A DNA stretch of 64,000 nt from Thalia democratica (taxonomy: Eukaryota), in the NCBI GenBank assembly GCA_965202585.1, contig OZ241831.1:57412001-57476000 (forward strand). The letters run 5' to 3'. The stretch's first letter is position 1. The number at the start of each line of letters is the position of its first letter. The notes below the pieces were generated by a model. The model saw nothing but the letters and a program-made list of their open reading frames with translations. It was not told where the DNA came from and did no database searches. Positions 1 through 13,682 of this stretch are shown one piece after another. A program made the translations under genes and the position numbers.

Positions 1-1606
1 TGAAATAAAAATTCCAAGGTTTTTAAATACCTCAGTTTTAGGTAAAATTGCATTGTTTATTTTAAAATCAAACGCTGGAATAGGTGTACTTTTGCGAATA
101 TTCAAAACATGACATTTGCTGGGATTTAGGTTTAATCTCCTTTCTTTTAACCAAAGGTAGATTTTATCTAAAGATTTTTGTAAAACTAAGTTAGATTGGC
201 TAAATATTTTTGTGTCGTCTGCAAAAAGCTTAACGTTGCTATTAGAGTCAACCTATAAGGCTATATCATTTGTATAAATTATAAATAACAGTGGACCTAT
301 AACCCCTCCTTGCGGAGCTCCACTAAAAATTGGTAAGGATTCTAAGAACGTGTTACCGATAACTACTCTTTGTGTTCTTTCCTGAAAAATTCTTTGAACC
401 ATTCAACTAGATTTCTATTAATTTTGTATTGAGATAAAGTTTTAATTAACTTAAAATGAGAGACAGAGTCAAACGCTTTCTGAATGTCTGTATAAATTAC
501 ATTGATAAATTTATTGGTAAAAAAGGATACTAACCATGAATGAAGGCAATCCAATAATTGAATACATGAAGTTCGTTTAGGAAGAAAACCAAATTGTTTC
601 GGAGAAATAAGATTATTTAAGAAAAGATGATTTAGTATTTTTATGAATTTATATGTTAAAAAGATCTGCAAAAGCTACTAGTTAGTGAAATTGGTCTATA
701 GTTTAATGGATTATTTTTGTTTCCTTTTTTGAATATTGGTATAATATAAGATATTTTCCATTGCCTTGGTATAAAAGATGTTGCTAAAGAGCAATTAAGA
801 ATTAACGAGATTGGGAAAATGAGAGAGCTAATAGTTCGTTTTAAAAAATACGAAGGTATATTTTCTGCTGTTCTGAGTATTTTATCTTTTAAATGATTTA
901 CATATTCAATTATTTCATTATTACTAATAAAAAAATCCTGCATTTCCGGACAACTCTTAACAATAAGTATAAAATGTTCATCTTCATAATCTTTACTAAA
1001 TACTTTTTGGAGTGATTTGTTAAAATAAGAGGCTTTATCAAAGTCTGAAATTAACGGTAAGTTATTTTCATCAAGTAAAAGAGGAAAGGAAGGTGATAGA
1101 TTTAGCTTTGATTTTACAAAAGAATAAAAAAAATTTTGAATTAGTATTTTGACAGAAGCTTTTTTCATGTTGTATGTCGAAATTTTTTACAGCTTTTTCG
1201 TATGCTTTTTAAGCTAGCTTGTATTTTTCAGTAATCTGCTGATCTAACTTGCATTTTTGTATAGTTTTTGCTTTTCTTTTAGTAGCTTTTTTAAATTAGA
1301 AGGATATATCTTACGTTTTCTATTTTTCTTCTTCAAGGGTACAAATTTTTTGATTGTAAGATTAATAATGTTAACAAATTTATCATAAAACTCCTGTGAA
1401 TTCTCTGATTTATTATAAATAAATTTCCAATCTATACTTGACAAATATTCGTTGGTACACTTAAAATCCGCTCTGGAAAAATCTGGGTAAAGTGTCACAG
1501 TGGCTGATTTCATGCTCTTTTTAACACTAATGCCAAAAGATATAAGGGAATGGTCATTAGTATTAGTTAAAGGTGAATCTACTGAATGAAATTTAATTCT
1601 ATCCAG
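1..1606 (-). mobile_element. Decayed, 5'-truncated non-LTR retrotransposon (CR1/L2/Jockey-like LINE ORF2: end of endonuclease plus reverse transcriptase), antisense in an intron of G1
   Basis: Minus-strand fragments broken by frameshifts and stops read ...NDH...PDFSRADF, KGNKNNPLNYRPISLTS, KQFGF, YTDIQKAFDSVSH, SGAPQGGVIGPLLFIIYTND (~270-325) and NVKLFADDTK (~205-235). Host homology to the G3 intron resumes at 1607 (cctaaaaatg = 52696), which defines the truncated 5' end. The element runs off the left edge. Confidence 0.92.
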
Positions 1607-1943
1607 CCTAAAAATGATGTATATTTTTTTAAATAGTATATTAGGTACTATAAAACTAATAAATACAATTTAACTTTTGAATTCTAACTTTGAGCTTGTG
1701 TGTAACACTTATCAAGTATTTAACAATCACACACTTCACTAATTTTTGTTTTATTCGATAACATGTTAACTTCCCGTTTTACAGCTTTTGTTTGAAAAGT
1801 TTAAGTGAAAAAAGCTTGTTAGTACTTTTTGAGTATAAAATAAAATATTATTTAAGAAAATTGTATTTGCTTGTTTTTGTTGTTTCAGCTGCAATTTAAC
1901 TTTTCAATGATTTAATGACGTTTTTATCAAAAATACCTGTTAG

Positions 1944-3110
1944 AAGTTCACACCGTTCGACCAAGATGTCCTCCCTCAAAATTGGAAGTGTCATAGAGGA
2001 ATGTTCTGGATCACAATCAAGAAAACAAATGAAACGAAAATGGTGGAAAGATTCATCTACTTTCCACCGCCAAATGATCGAAGAATACCCACCGGGAAAA
2101 TTAAAAACAAATATTTCAGGTATTTTGTTTTTGTGTTTGTTTTTCACTTGTCATATTTGCTTGCCTAAACGTTATTACTTCTCTATCTTGGGGAATTAAA
2201 GAAAATTGAATACATTGAAAAATTAACTTTTTTTTTTAAGTAAGCTACTAAATAAATGCATTTAATGGAAACCATGTTTTTTTTTGTATTATGTCGTTTT
2301 TTAAGAGAGGAGTTTTTTGTAACTTATAGATTAAATCAGGTTAAATATAATCGTGAACTTACAAACAACAGTTAAGCTTAAACAAATCACCACCATAACA
2401 ATTATTATGTTAGCAACCATGAACTAGTTTTTAATCTAATCTACTCTTAAACAATATATTTTCTATATGGCCATGTTAAATGTTCGTACCTTAAAAATTA
2501 ACAAAAAGTCTAAAAACTTGATAGTTTTTATTTTATTTTATTCAAAAAATTTTTTCAAGCATCATTGTCTTATTAACTGTTTTTAAACAAAAGCTAAAAG
2601 AAATAAGTTTATATTTGTTTATAAAAATTGTTAAACTTTTAGTTAGTTTAACTTTTACCCTTGAAACTCTTTTTTTATGACTGATAGTTAAATGTTACGA
2701 ACTTAAAATGTAAAACTATTTTTGTAGGCAAGTGTAATTTACTTTTATTTTAGCAAAATTTTTTGAATTAAAGTTATTTTAGTCAGAAAAGTAATTTAGA
2801 AAAAATACAAAAATAATTTATTTTTACCAAATCTAACGTACATGGTGTATAAAACACCTGCTTTGGTTAAAAATATCTTACAATTTTTTAAAATTTTTAT
2901 TCACTTAGAACTTCATAAAACTGATTAGTTTAATTAACTATAAAAACACTATTTTAAAACAATGGTCCCCAGATTTATTGCAAGCGTGAGTTTATGGGGA
3001 TCTATAAACTAACTAATTTTATTTTATACACTCTACACATATCAGGTCGATCACAAACATCGGGAAAATCTACCCTGAATTTAAAGGAATCCTTGAAGGT
3101 CTTGGCAGGG
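1944..3110 (+). other. MBD/TAM-like domain of G1, split over two exons (LPQNW...FIYFPP...GKIKNKYFRSITNIGKIY)
   Basis: Motif order LPxGW - beta strands - (Y)YxP - GK..FRS - helix matches the MBD family pattern, with insertions. Recognised by eye, no HMM run. Confidence 0.55.
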
Positions 3111-4799
3111 ATCTGAAACCTAGAAGATGGAAACCTAAGAAAGCAAAGCAGAGCAGCAATCGGGTTAATGAGGGCGCTTCAACTTCTGGTCTACAAAATG
3201 GACGGAAACGGAAGTCCAGTGGTAAGAATTTATTTATTAATTTGTGAATGAGTTTAAGTAATTTGGCAGCAAATTACTTAATTTAAAGCCAAATAGTTCC
3301 TTAAATTGTTATTGTTTAACTGCTACTATCAAAATAGATTAATAAGACATTTAAGAAGAACATGGAGTATATTTTATAATTATAAATTATAAGCTGTTGA
3401 ATAAAAAGTTAATTTTTCGTTATAAGCGATTTTTTACTCAAAAGAATGTTATTTTTCGAAATTTTAAAAATCACTTTATTTTATAACTACATAAAATACT
3501 TAACATATGATTACTAAAACTTAATAGCAACTTATACCATTCGTCAAGGTAAGAAACGGAAGCTGAAGATCAAAACCACTGTCCCAAAGAAGAGGAAGGT
3601 AAAAACGCAATCAGATCCAAACAAATTTGCCGCAACTGTTCCTCATCCAGGTGTAGATGTGAATAACAAAGAAGTGGAAACCTGCAGGAAACTGAATATC
3701 AAGCTCAGAAGAAGCGAAGCAGAAGTCAATGCGGAAAATCAACAGGTTGTTAACGCTAAACCTGAAAAAGATGCAGAAGATGTAAATGAAGTTAATCAGG
3801 TTGAAGAAGAAGTTGTGAGTGAGACTCAACATAGTCAACAAGAAGACAACGTAGAGCAATCCGGAGATGATGCAAGGCTGACAAGTGATGAACAAATGGC
3901 AGATGTTTCACATGATGAAGATCAAGTGGTGAGTTTCTTAAATAATTTGCTAACTATTAAATAAGGTATTGTTAAGGTTAACTCATACTAGTTTTGATAG
4001 GAAGTTTTATGTTATTTTAAAAATTGTAAGTATTTTTTTCAATATTAAACTAAAATTAAATTACATATTTTCGTTGCAGCAGACAAGAGTCAGTGGTCAG
4101 GAAGCAGGGGAGCATCAGTCAGATGCCGAAGATGTTCCATCTGACCAGCTTGCAGTTCGGGAGAGCCAGCAAGGCGACAACGGAGACCAGCAGAGTGGAG
4201 AAGGTGGAAGGATGGCAACAGAAACGCAAGTTGCAGAGGTTTCAAATGATGGTGGTGAAGTCAATAACGCTGATACTGTAAACCAAGTAGTGGGTTTTTT
4301 TGATAATTTTTTAACTAAAAATATAAATATATTAATCAAGAATAAATTGTTTTATAAACTTTAAAACTTGTTAAATCTGAATGCAATCGTTTTTTTTTTT
4401 AATTGAAGTTAATTTTTTATTAAGCAGACCAGAGGTAATAGTCTGATGCAACAGCATGATGCTACCAACCACAATGTTGATCGGAGAATTGCTCAAACTG
4501 ATCAAGTTGACGGTGGTGTGAGAAACGGTGAGGATTACAAAAAGTACGCGCAATTGACCGTGGAACAGCTGAAGATGAACCACTACTACATGCTTGACCT
4601 CTACCTTAAGCTCATGAATGCTATAGGTAAGCAAGGTTCATTAGATAACTATAAGAAGAATTTGTCCGCCATCATTTTCATCGTGGCCGAGCATTCCCAT
4701 AAAATTTTTTTGAGGGATTTCTCGCCACGTTTCGATGAAAGGAGGCGGGAGTTCTTTACTCAGTTTTACCAAATGCCCCATTTTTTTCACCCCGCTTAG
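1944..4799 (+). CDS. Paralog G1 (5' exons outside window): MBD-like domain, NLS, acidic linker, conserved C-terminal domain
   Basis: Exons 1944-2119, 3046-3221, 3549-3928, 4080-4289, 4428-4799 are all AG/GT bounded, with phases 0-2-1-0-0 joining into one open frame that ends ...FFHPA-TAG. Exon structure is collinear with G3; in the first two exons 10 of 14 differing codons are synonymous. Confidence 0.85.
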
Positions 4800-6300
4800 A
4801 GTTTTTAAAGTTTTTATAGCGAGATAGTTGTAGTTTTAGTATTTTAAAACTTCTATAAAAAGCACTCTTGCCAATTAGGTAATTCTACATCAGTTTGAGA
4901 TAAATATTTCAAATTGTTTTGAATTTAGTTACTATTAGACAAATGTTTTTGCCATTTAGGTAATTTTAGATTATTTACACTTTTAGCTTAGTTACTTTTA
5001 AAAGTTTTTTCAAAACTATGGATTTATGTGTTAGAACATTTATTTTGGCAACAATTATAATGAAATTTTTTTAAAGCACAAATTGGTAATTTTAATAAGT
5101 TTTGTTTATGATTTTAATCGATTATTATGTTATTAAAGTCTTCATTGAGTTGTGAAGTTTTTGATTGTTTATCTTAACTAATATTAATAACAGAATAATT
5201 ATTGAATTTTATTGTTTATTATAAATTATACTAGAAGTTATTGAAACCTGTTTTACCTAAGGTCTACTAGTTAAACTTCTCAATCAAACAAAATTTTTAA
5301 TTTTGTATACACTTAGGAAAAATAAAAAGTAAATGAAATAATTTTAACCAATTTAAGTAGATGCTTAAATTAAATTTGCAAAGTATTTGCACAAAAGCAA
5401 TTAAAATTTTAGTTGTAAAATTAAATTACTATGAACAGTTTTTGTTGGTAATTTGATTGAATATAATTTCAGAATGCATGTATAGATAGACGATAAGAAA
5501 ATTAAGATAAATACTTAACATTTATAATTTCTAGAATCTAGATATAAGATCACAAAAGTCAAGTTAAGCTAATTTACTTTTTTTACTAAGGGTTACTTTA
5601 AAGTTAAATTAATTTTATAACTCATACAGATTATGTAATAATACCAAAAATTTTTAATTTTTAAAAATAGTTTATAATGGCTAAAACGCTTATTTATATT
5701 TAGCTAACATTTTTAATTTACTTATTAATAAGTCTTTTCAGATATATCGGGTTTATATTAAACCGTTATTACAAAGTTACATTATAATACAAGCTAAAAA
5801 GTTAAAGTCAGCATAAACTGCAGTAGTTCAAAACTTGTCTTTAAAATTTCAAGTAAATATATATCTGTGTACTTCATTTTTATATATAGAAATAATAAGC
5901 TTATAAATTTTTAAACTCAAGTAGACAAGATTTTGCTAGAATTCTAATAGTTCTCTCTGTAAGTTTTTTTAAATATATTTTCAATTTTGATAAGTTACAA
6001 CTTTTTTTTACATCATGTAATAATATTTCTAAGTTTATAATTAAAAACATGCTGAAATAATGGTTTGAAAATTTCCACTTCAAAATAATAATAGGTTAGA
6101 ATAGGTTTGATCAAATACTCTAGTCTATATAAGCAAGTCTTTGTGACGGTTCTGTTTTCTGTAAAAACCTTTGAGGACTAAAAGTTAACAAATTTATAAA
6201 ACGTACTAACAATCTTTTTTAAAGTTAACTTGCTTTTGTAATAACCATTTACTAAGTTTTACCACAAATAGTAGTATTAGTACAAATTACAAATATAATT

Positions 6301-6420
6301 TACTACCAGGTTTAAATATGAAAAAAGTCCGACCTTTTCAAATATAATAGGATAGTAAACTTAGTACTATTTTGTTACACTTAAAAAGGTCGGATTATTT
6401 CCCATTGAAACCTGGTAGTG
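6301..6420. mobile_element. 120-bp hairpin/MITE-like element (paralog 57615-57734; diverged copy ~24685-24770)
   Basis: Arms tactaccaggtttaaatatgaaaaaagtccgacctttt and aaaaggtcggattatttcccattgaaacctggtagtg are imperfect inverted repeats. No clear TSD. Confidence 0.55.
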
Positions 6421-6987
6421 AATAAAATATTTTATTTGCATTAGTAATATTACTTAAACTAACTCGTTACAGGACAGTAAATTGAGCAGTATTTTTAGTT
6501 AGACAATAACTTATATAAGTTTTAGTTTAGAATGAAAATATAAATATTGTATAGATAAAAGTTTTGATTAGATGAAATCGATCAACCGACTACAAGCTTT
6601 CGGTAAGCTGAGACCAGGGTTTTGTTTTTATTAAAGCTCGTGAATCAGCCGCAATCAAAAACGCTTGCATGGCTAAAAACAGTTTTTCATTTTTAAGCAT
6701 TAAGCAACCGCTTGATGGTATTGGTCAGTCGCTTAGCATTTTTAATAAATTAACTTACCTTAGACTTAATGGGTTCATATAGTAAATAGTATAAAGAAGG
6801 TCTAAAAAGTAATTGAGAAGATATTTGAAATTTATACTAGTTTTTCTCGGTTTTGTAACTAGTGGTTAAGTGTAAGTGGTAAGTTAAAGAACAAAAATAT
6901 GTAGAAGGTAGTTTCCTACACAAAAAAGCTTATTATTGAATGTTTATAGTTTGATTAACCTGCATTAATTGTTTTTAGCTATAAAGT

Positions 6988-7548
6988 TATCGCTACCTGC
7001 AAAGATTCTACTTATACACTTATTTTGGGGCCTGAATTAATACGCAACGTGCGCTCTAACTTATAAAGTAGAAGTCCTCAAGATAACGCTTAAATTATAG
7101 TTGACTTAAATAAACTAATATGAATTACTTACCATTTACTAAAGGTTTAATAAATCGGTCACTTATATTATTTTAAACTGAGTTCGAATCTGTGATAATG
7201 ATTTTATTTACAATGAAGCTGCGAAACGAAAATATGATAAAATACTGCACAACATTACACTAATAAATCAAATTATCAATTCTTTTAAAAGACAACAATA
7301 CTCGAATAACAGAACTAAAAACTAAATGTTTAAACCAAACTAAAAAAACATTCTAAAATCGAAATCACTTCAACAAGATTGAAACCATTAAAACTTAAGT
7401 GCAGCGAAAAGCTGCACTGAGTTCAGACCGCTTCAATGCAGTAGAAACTCAAAGAACTGAACTGTAAATTAATCGAGACTATTGACTTTATATCGCTTGA
7501 TAAAAAAGAAGAAAGTAAAAAAGAGACAATTACCGCTCACGCGGTACA
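6988..7548 (-). repeat. 3' LTR (561 bp)
   Basis: Direct repeat of 9769-10329 with 5 mismatches. Confidence 0.95.
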
Positions 7549-7899
7549 TTTTCTCCTCTTACCTTCGTACTTTAAAAATTTATTCTTGGTTATCCGAAAA
7601 AGAAACATTAATTTTTATTCCTTAACACTTGTAAGAATGCTTAAAACTCCCTATATAGAAAAATGAACGAAAAAACGACCGCCGACTTTTACCTCTTTAG
7701 TTTAAAAAGTATTACTTTACTTAATTCTATAAATTCTATAAACCGGTTTAAAATACACAAAAATGATAAAAGTATGGTACAGTTTTTCAAAATAACAGAA
7801 AAATGTAGAAAGTTCAAAAAATCTCCTCGCCGCCGGAACTCGCTCCGCCCCTGCACGTCTCCACGTCGTCTGACCGGTCCACGCCGATCCGTCTCCTCG

Positions 7900-8273
7900 C
7901 CTCACCCAACGGTCTCTTGGCGCCACGGAATCCGTCTCCTTGCCTCACCCAGCGGTCTCTTGGCGCTACGGAACCGTCTCCTTGCCTCACCCAGCGGTCT
8001 CTTGGCGCCACGGAATCCGTCTCCTTGCCTCAACCAGCGGTCTCTTGGCACTACGGAACCGTCTTTTTGCCTCACCCAGCGGTCTCTTGGCGCTACGGAA
8101 CCGTCTCCTTGCCTCACCCAGCGGTCTCTTGGCGCCACGGAATCCGTCTCCTTGCCTCAACCAGCGGTCTCTTGGCGCTACGGAACCGTCTCCTTGCCTC
8201 ACCCAGCGGTCTCTTGGCGCCACGGAATCCGTCTCCTTGCCTCACCCAACGGTCTCTTGGCGCTACGGAATCC
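7900..8273. repeat. GC/CpG-rich minisatellite, ~8.8 units of 42/43 bp, inside the LTR element
   Basis: Unit cctcacccagcggtctcttggcgctacggaaccgtctccttg (42) or ...gcgccacggaatccg... (43). Unit starts 7900, 7943, 7985, 8028, 8070, 8112, 8155, 8197, 8240. Confidence 0.97.
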
Positions 8274-9768
8274 TCTGATACGTCTCTCCCTACATCTCCT
8301 CTTTCATCTCCTCGTTCCTCACCTCGTACATCAGTCTCCTCTACCGCTCCTCGCCGATTCGTTTCTCGAGCCGTTCGTGCGAAAGTGCAATTAGAATGTA
8401 CGTCACTACTTGATATCAATTTTAAAAACAAGTTAAAACATTAAAAGATAAAAAAAATCAATTTACAAACTTATATGCTACTAGTTAGCAACAACATTGC
8501 ATTAATCCATTAGTCTATTTATATTTTAACTTTAAAGTTTGTTAAGTTTCAAAGTAAAAGAGAAACATTTTTGGCTCCAATCAATATACAGTAATTCTCT
8601 ACAAGCTTTAAAATAAAAAACATTTCACATTTTACACGAATTAGTTGACAAAACAAGCATTCACATGCGTCTCAAAAGTTTAAACTTATTTTCGTAAAAA
8701 TATAGCCAGTGAACTTGTACTGATTTTGAAAACTTTAATATTCTAAAAAATTTTAAACAAAATAGTTTTTTATTTTCAGATTTTAAATACCGGGTAAGAC
8801 ATTTAATAGCTCGATAGACCTCGTTAAAAATTAGTTTTCGTAAGTACGGCTAGCTTTAAAACAACAAAAAACATGCCAATAAAGTTTGTTACAAGCAATT
8901 AACAAGGTCATTGTAAAAAAAAACTTTAAGTATTATAGTTTAAAGTTTGAACATAACATTGTTGCTAAATATAAAACTAAATTAAGTTTAATAAACTTAA
9001 GAAATTTTACTTCAATAACCGATTATGCACTCGAAAACAAGTTTTAATAACCTCATACAAATATTTTTACAAGGACGAACGAAAAACAACAATGTTTTTA
9101 CATGCAGTTTAAAAAGTTTATTATCCATTATAGTTCAAATTAAACGATTGTTTGAAAACAAAACAATTAAACTTTACAGTTGCTAACTTTTATAGACGTT
9201 TAAAACTCTTTTTGTTATAAGAAAGTTTTATTATTAGAAGCCTTTAGTTTCATTTTAATTTTTAATAAAATGTTTAAAACGATTGAACGATATTTAATTA
9301 ATTTGACAAAACGCGGAACAACTCGAAACAAGACTAACTTTTGTTTCAACCTGCTCGTACAAGTTTTAAAATTCACTTTACAAAACGCTTCAACGATGAA
9401 TTGCGATAAAATCATACACCACAAATACATTTTAGTTCTAACACATGTCGGTTAGCCTTTACCAAACCACTTTAACATAACATTAAACACAATAAATTAA
9501 TTACCATTAGAAAAAAACAACTCAAATCTATCACAAACTCGAACTACTTAGTTGTTTTTCCAACTAGAAATTTTAAACTCATTTCTATAAATTTTACAGA
9601 CCTGATGACTAGGTTAAATAAATGCCATAAAGTTTATCGAATTTATACTATTATTAAATTAGGTTTATTCCACTCTGTCCCCATGTCACCATCTAAAAAG
9701 CGTAGAAATTTTAATGAAGGTATCTGTGTTCAATTCCAGCTATAAATAACTGGACGTCCGGGTCATCA

Positions 9769-10329
9769 TGTCGCTACCTGCAAAGATTCTACTTATACAC
9801 TTATTTTGGGGCCTGAATTAATACGCAACGTGCGCTCTAACTTATAAAGTAGAAGTCCCCAAGATAACGCTTAAATTATAGTTGACTTAAATAAACTAAT
9901 ATGAATTACTTACCATTTACTAAAGGTTTAATAAATCGGTCACTTATATTATTTTAAACTGAGTTCGAATCTGTGATAATGATTTTATTTACAATGAAGC
10001 TGCGAAACGAAAAGATGATAAAATACTGCACAACATTACACTAATAAATCAAATTATCAATTCTTTTAAAAGACAACAATACTCGAATAACAGAACTAAA
10101 AACTAAATGTTTAAACCAAACTCAAAAAACATTCTAAAATCGAAATCACTTCAACAAGATTGAAACCATTAAAACTTAAGTGCAGCGAAAAGCTGCACTG
10201 AGTTCAGACCGCTTCAATGCAGTAGAAACTCAAAGAACTGAACTTTAAATTAATCGAGACTATTGACTTTATATCGCTTGATAAAAAAGAAGAAAGTAAA
10301 AAAGAGACAATTACCGCTCACGCGGTACA
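9769..10329 (-). repeat. 5' LTR (561 bp)
   Basis: tgtcgctacc...gcggtaca; followed on the minus strand by the PBS-like motif. Confidence 0.95.
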
Positions 10330-11433
10330 AAGTACTATACCAGTCAAAAACGGTCTGCAGTTAGCCGACCCTTGCTTAAATTAATAAAAGATAGTGAAGT
10401 AAAACATATGTAAAGAATTTCTACAAAGTCTCAAGTTTAAAACAAAAAAATTAAATAAAAGTGATAAAATTTACTTAAACAATGAACTTTGGACTAGATT
10501 TACTTGAAAATAAAATTACTTTATTAAATTTAATTATAATGACTTATACTTAGTAGTTTTAAATAAAGATATTAAAAATATATATAATAAACATTAAAGT
10601 TTTAGTTGTATTATTAATTTTTTGAAATTGATTTAGTAAGTAAACAAGCATTTATTTTTAACTGAATAAAATGGTGTAAAAAAAAACAGATTTAAGGACT
10701 CTGTTTTAAAAGAGTTTCTCTTTCTCGAGTTGTTATAAATCTAGCGTTTCTAAACTAAATGCTTTGTTACAAGGTTGCCAAAAATAATTTTAAGTACTAA
10801 ATACTTAGATAAATTTGTTTTTTTTTCTAGAGTGTCAACGTCAAGTAATTTTTGGCCATACACTCAAAGCAACAATAGTTAAATTTATTAAGCTAGATGT
10901 TGCTACGAAGCATATTTTAGTACTCTTGTATTAACCTGCATAGACAAAAAATTAACTCTTGGCAAAATCGTACTACTAAATCTACCTCTAAAGACATAGT
11001 AAAAACTGTAATCAAAATAACCATAACCTTTTAAACAAAAAAAGCTTTTCCTTTGTTTTATTTACCAATTTTACTACATTATTAAATGTTTGTCTTTAGT
11101 AAGTTAACTCCAATGGTCTACGATAGTTAACTTACTTAAAAGTTTTTGAGAAATAAACTAATGCAAAAGAATTTTTACTCAGCTATTACTTACTCAGCTA
11201 TTAAGCTGGTTTTAAAGAAAAATAAACAAATACTAGTTTTATTCTGTTATTTTTTTTTATACAAGATAATAACTTTGTGAAATCTTTAAACGACAAGTAG
11301 AGCATAAAAAAATACATTTGTTTTTTTTTTCCATAATTTCCTGCGGCAATCATCAACAAAGTTTAGTTGTTTTGTGCTATAACAAAAAGTAATTAACTTC
11401 ACCACACGACCAACATCTACAGCATTCGAGACA

Positions 11434-11454
11434 ACCTATGACCGGTTTTGTCCT
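11434..11454 (-). ncRNA. Partial hammerhead ribozyme remnant (3' half)
   Basis: Minus strand AGGAC AAAA CCG GTC ATAGGT within a ~110-bp repeat homologous to 59320-59425. Confidence 0.5.
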
Positions 11455-11602
11455 TTATTTGTTTTTGATTACAAATACAATAATTTACAAAGCGGGTTAA
11501 CCTTTATTTTTAATCTTTTCAACTTTACCCACAAACGGTTTATTCAGTACTTTGTACTTCAGCCCGCTTGGTTGGATCTCAACAGCGTTTTCTCGCGACT
11601 AT

Positions 11603-11645
11603 GCCTGCCTAATGACTCCTTATGAGGACGAAACCGGTCATAGCT
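11603..11645 (+). ncRNA. Degenerate minimal type I hammerhead ribozyme (G5A core mutation)
   Basis: GCCTGC CTAATGA CTCCT TATG AGGAC GAAA CCG GTC ATAGC; stem III has the ACCGGT palindrome. Part of the repeat also at 50250, 59406 and 59882. Confidence 0.7.
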
Positions 11646-13682
11646 TGTCTCGGATGCTGTTGTCGTTGGTCGTGTGGTGAAGTATATTTTATTTCTTCTG
11701 ACAAATAAAAGAACTAATGTCTTCAAACTACACATCTTAAACTTTTTTTTCAAAGTATATAATGTAAACCTAAATTCCGCGTAGCTTAGATTAAGGTCAA
11801 CAATTAAAATAGTAAACTAAAAACTAGTTAAGAAGTAAAGTAAGGTTAGAAAAACTACAGCTTGCTAAGCAAAAAATCTTTACTAAGACAAATTGTTCAG
11901 CAATAAATTGTTTGTAAAAAAACAGTTTTCTTTTTGTATTTATTGTCATGGGTAATGTCTTTAATTAACATCCAAGTGGTGTACGACTCCAAAGCCAAAA
12001 CGTTTTTTCGTTCACCAGGTACTAGGACCAAGTATTTTAATATTTTTTATTTTCGTCCAATAAGTAAGGTTTTTAAAAATTTCAAAGTGTTTTTGATATA
12101 TCAAAAATATCATTCAAATTTTTTGTTGTATTAAATACCTAGTGCAAAGTTTATCTCAAATAAAAAACTCTTGAAAATTTATTCTTTAGAAACTTGTTTT
12201 AAATATACCCATTAAAAGTTGATTCAAAAATTTTCAACCACCTTTTGTACTTAATATTTTTATATTGGTAGAATATAAGTAGTATAATTTATGAAATTAT
12301 TACAACTTGATAACTACTTACAATTGTTATAGTTTTGAAAAGATGAGTTTTGATTTTAAAACATGTTATTTAAGTCACAAATTAATGGAAAAAAAAACTG
12401 TACCATTTATATTTCTTATAACAAAATTTTTAGATTTAATAACATACACTCATGTTAAACAAACTAAATAAGTTTTTAAACTTTAGTACAGTATCATTAT
12501 CAATTTAATTCAAAAAACTCATATACTCAAACTATTAAACATAAAATACTTTTAATTTTACAAATAGACTTTTTTTAATTAACAATAGTGCTTTTTAACT
12601 TATGAAAACTATTTAAATTTCCAGTATTTACAATACTTTCGTACTCAATAATAATATGCTTTACCACCAAAAACTATTGGCAATAGAAGTTACAATTATT
12701 CTTGTTATCATTACAGAACTTCTGTCCTTAAAACTTTATATTTACTAGGTAATGAAATATTTTGACTGGTAGAACCAAATTATTTGTCGAGAACTAGGTT
12801 ATTTATATTTTAAATAGATGTAAAAGCAATTGAATGGTAAAAGTATTTGAATTGAATTAGAAATAAAACAGTAATTTTAATGCTAATTTAAGCTATGCTC
12901 TAATCATTCTAAAGGTTTAGATTAATATTAAGTCATAAAATAGTGGTTATAAATAGTTAGAAATTTTATATTACTATGACACAAAAGTTGGAAAATGTTT
13001 CATCCCAATCATTGAGTATTGATTCAATATATATTTATTTGAAAAACATTGTTTCTTAATTTAGTTTCCTATGATAATAACTGTTGTATGAGTTTAAACC
13101 TAATAAGCTAGCGGTCCGGCAAGTTACAGTCAGAATTTGGCCACTAAGCAAGGCTTTCTGGTCAACGAATTTTAAACTAAATAATAAATAAGCATGCTAA
13201 ATTCTATTTAAGAAGTGTTTAAAACGTGGTCCCTTTTTTTTAGCTTAAAAGTAAACTTAAAGATTATGTTTACTTCATTACATTTTTGGCCGTGATTGAA
13301 TTTTTTTTTGGTTTTTTTTTGGAGTTTTTTTTTTTTTTTTTTTCACTCATATATGATGAAAATAAGGTTAACTAATAACACGGAAGTACGTTAATTACAT
13401 TTATACCCCTATTTACCTACTACTACCGATACCGAAATTTTTAATCTTTACCTCTATCCCTAAAACTCACCTAACCAAAACATCTATTAAACAAATAACA
13501 AATAAACTGATAGTTCAAAACAACAGAAGTCAAATTTTAGCTAACTAAAAAGGCCTAGATTTTGTAGCTGACAGTTTTAATTGTTCAAAACTCGTTTTCA
13601 CAATAGCCTTTTAGCAGAAAGTTAAAAAAAAAGTCGCTCTTTATTTGGAATTGAAAGCAAACCTCAGAATAAATAGTGTAAG

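Larger units (their letters stand above)
6988..10329 (-). mobile_element. Non-autonomous LTR retroelement (Gypsy-like), 3342 bp
   Basis: Two 561-bp LTRs (6988-7548, 9769-10329) with 5 substitutions; TG...CA ends on the intact LTR; 4-bp TSD AAGT (6984-6987, 10330-10333); empty site in the paralog at ~58301 (tataaagtactttacc). Minus-strand PBS-like TGATGACCCGGACGT follows the 5' LTR and a purine tract (AAGAGGAGAAAA) precedes the 3' LTR. No gag/pol seen. Confidence 0.92.

Noticed and set aside
1915-2199. ORF-track protein MTFLSKIPVRSS... (and 53003-53191)
   Set aside because: Wrong frame: the paralog has TTA>TAA in it and the substitutions are non-synonymous, whereas the +2 frame from the AG at 1942-1943 gives mostly synonymous changes.
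3611-4634. Antisense and alternate-frame ORFs over G1 exons (also 21659-21973, 21801-22037, 54699-54881, 55371-55601)
   Set aside because: Shadows of real exons, with no splice or conservation support of their own.
7900-8273. Possible CRISPR-like array
   Set aside because: Units are contiguous with no unique spacers, there are no cas genes, and the context is eukaryotic.
7663-8444. Multiple overlapping long ORFs on both strands
   Set aside because: Artefacts of a GC-rich minisatellite with no stop codons on the plus strand; mixed 42/43-bp units shift the frame repeatedly.
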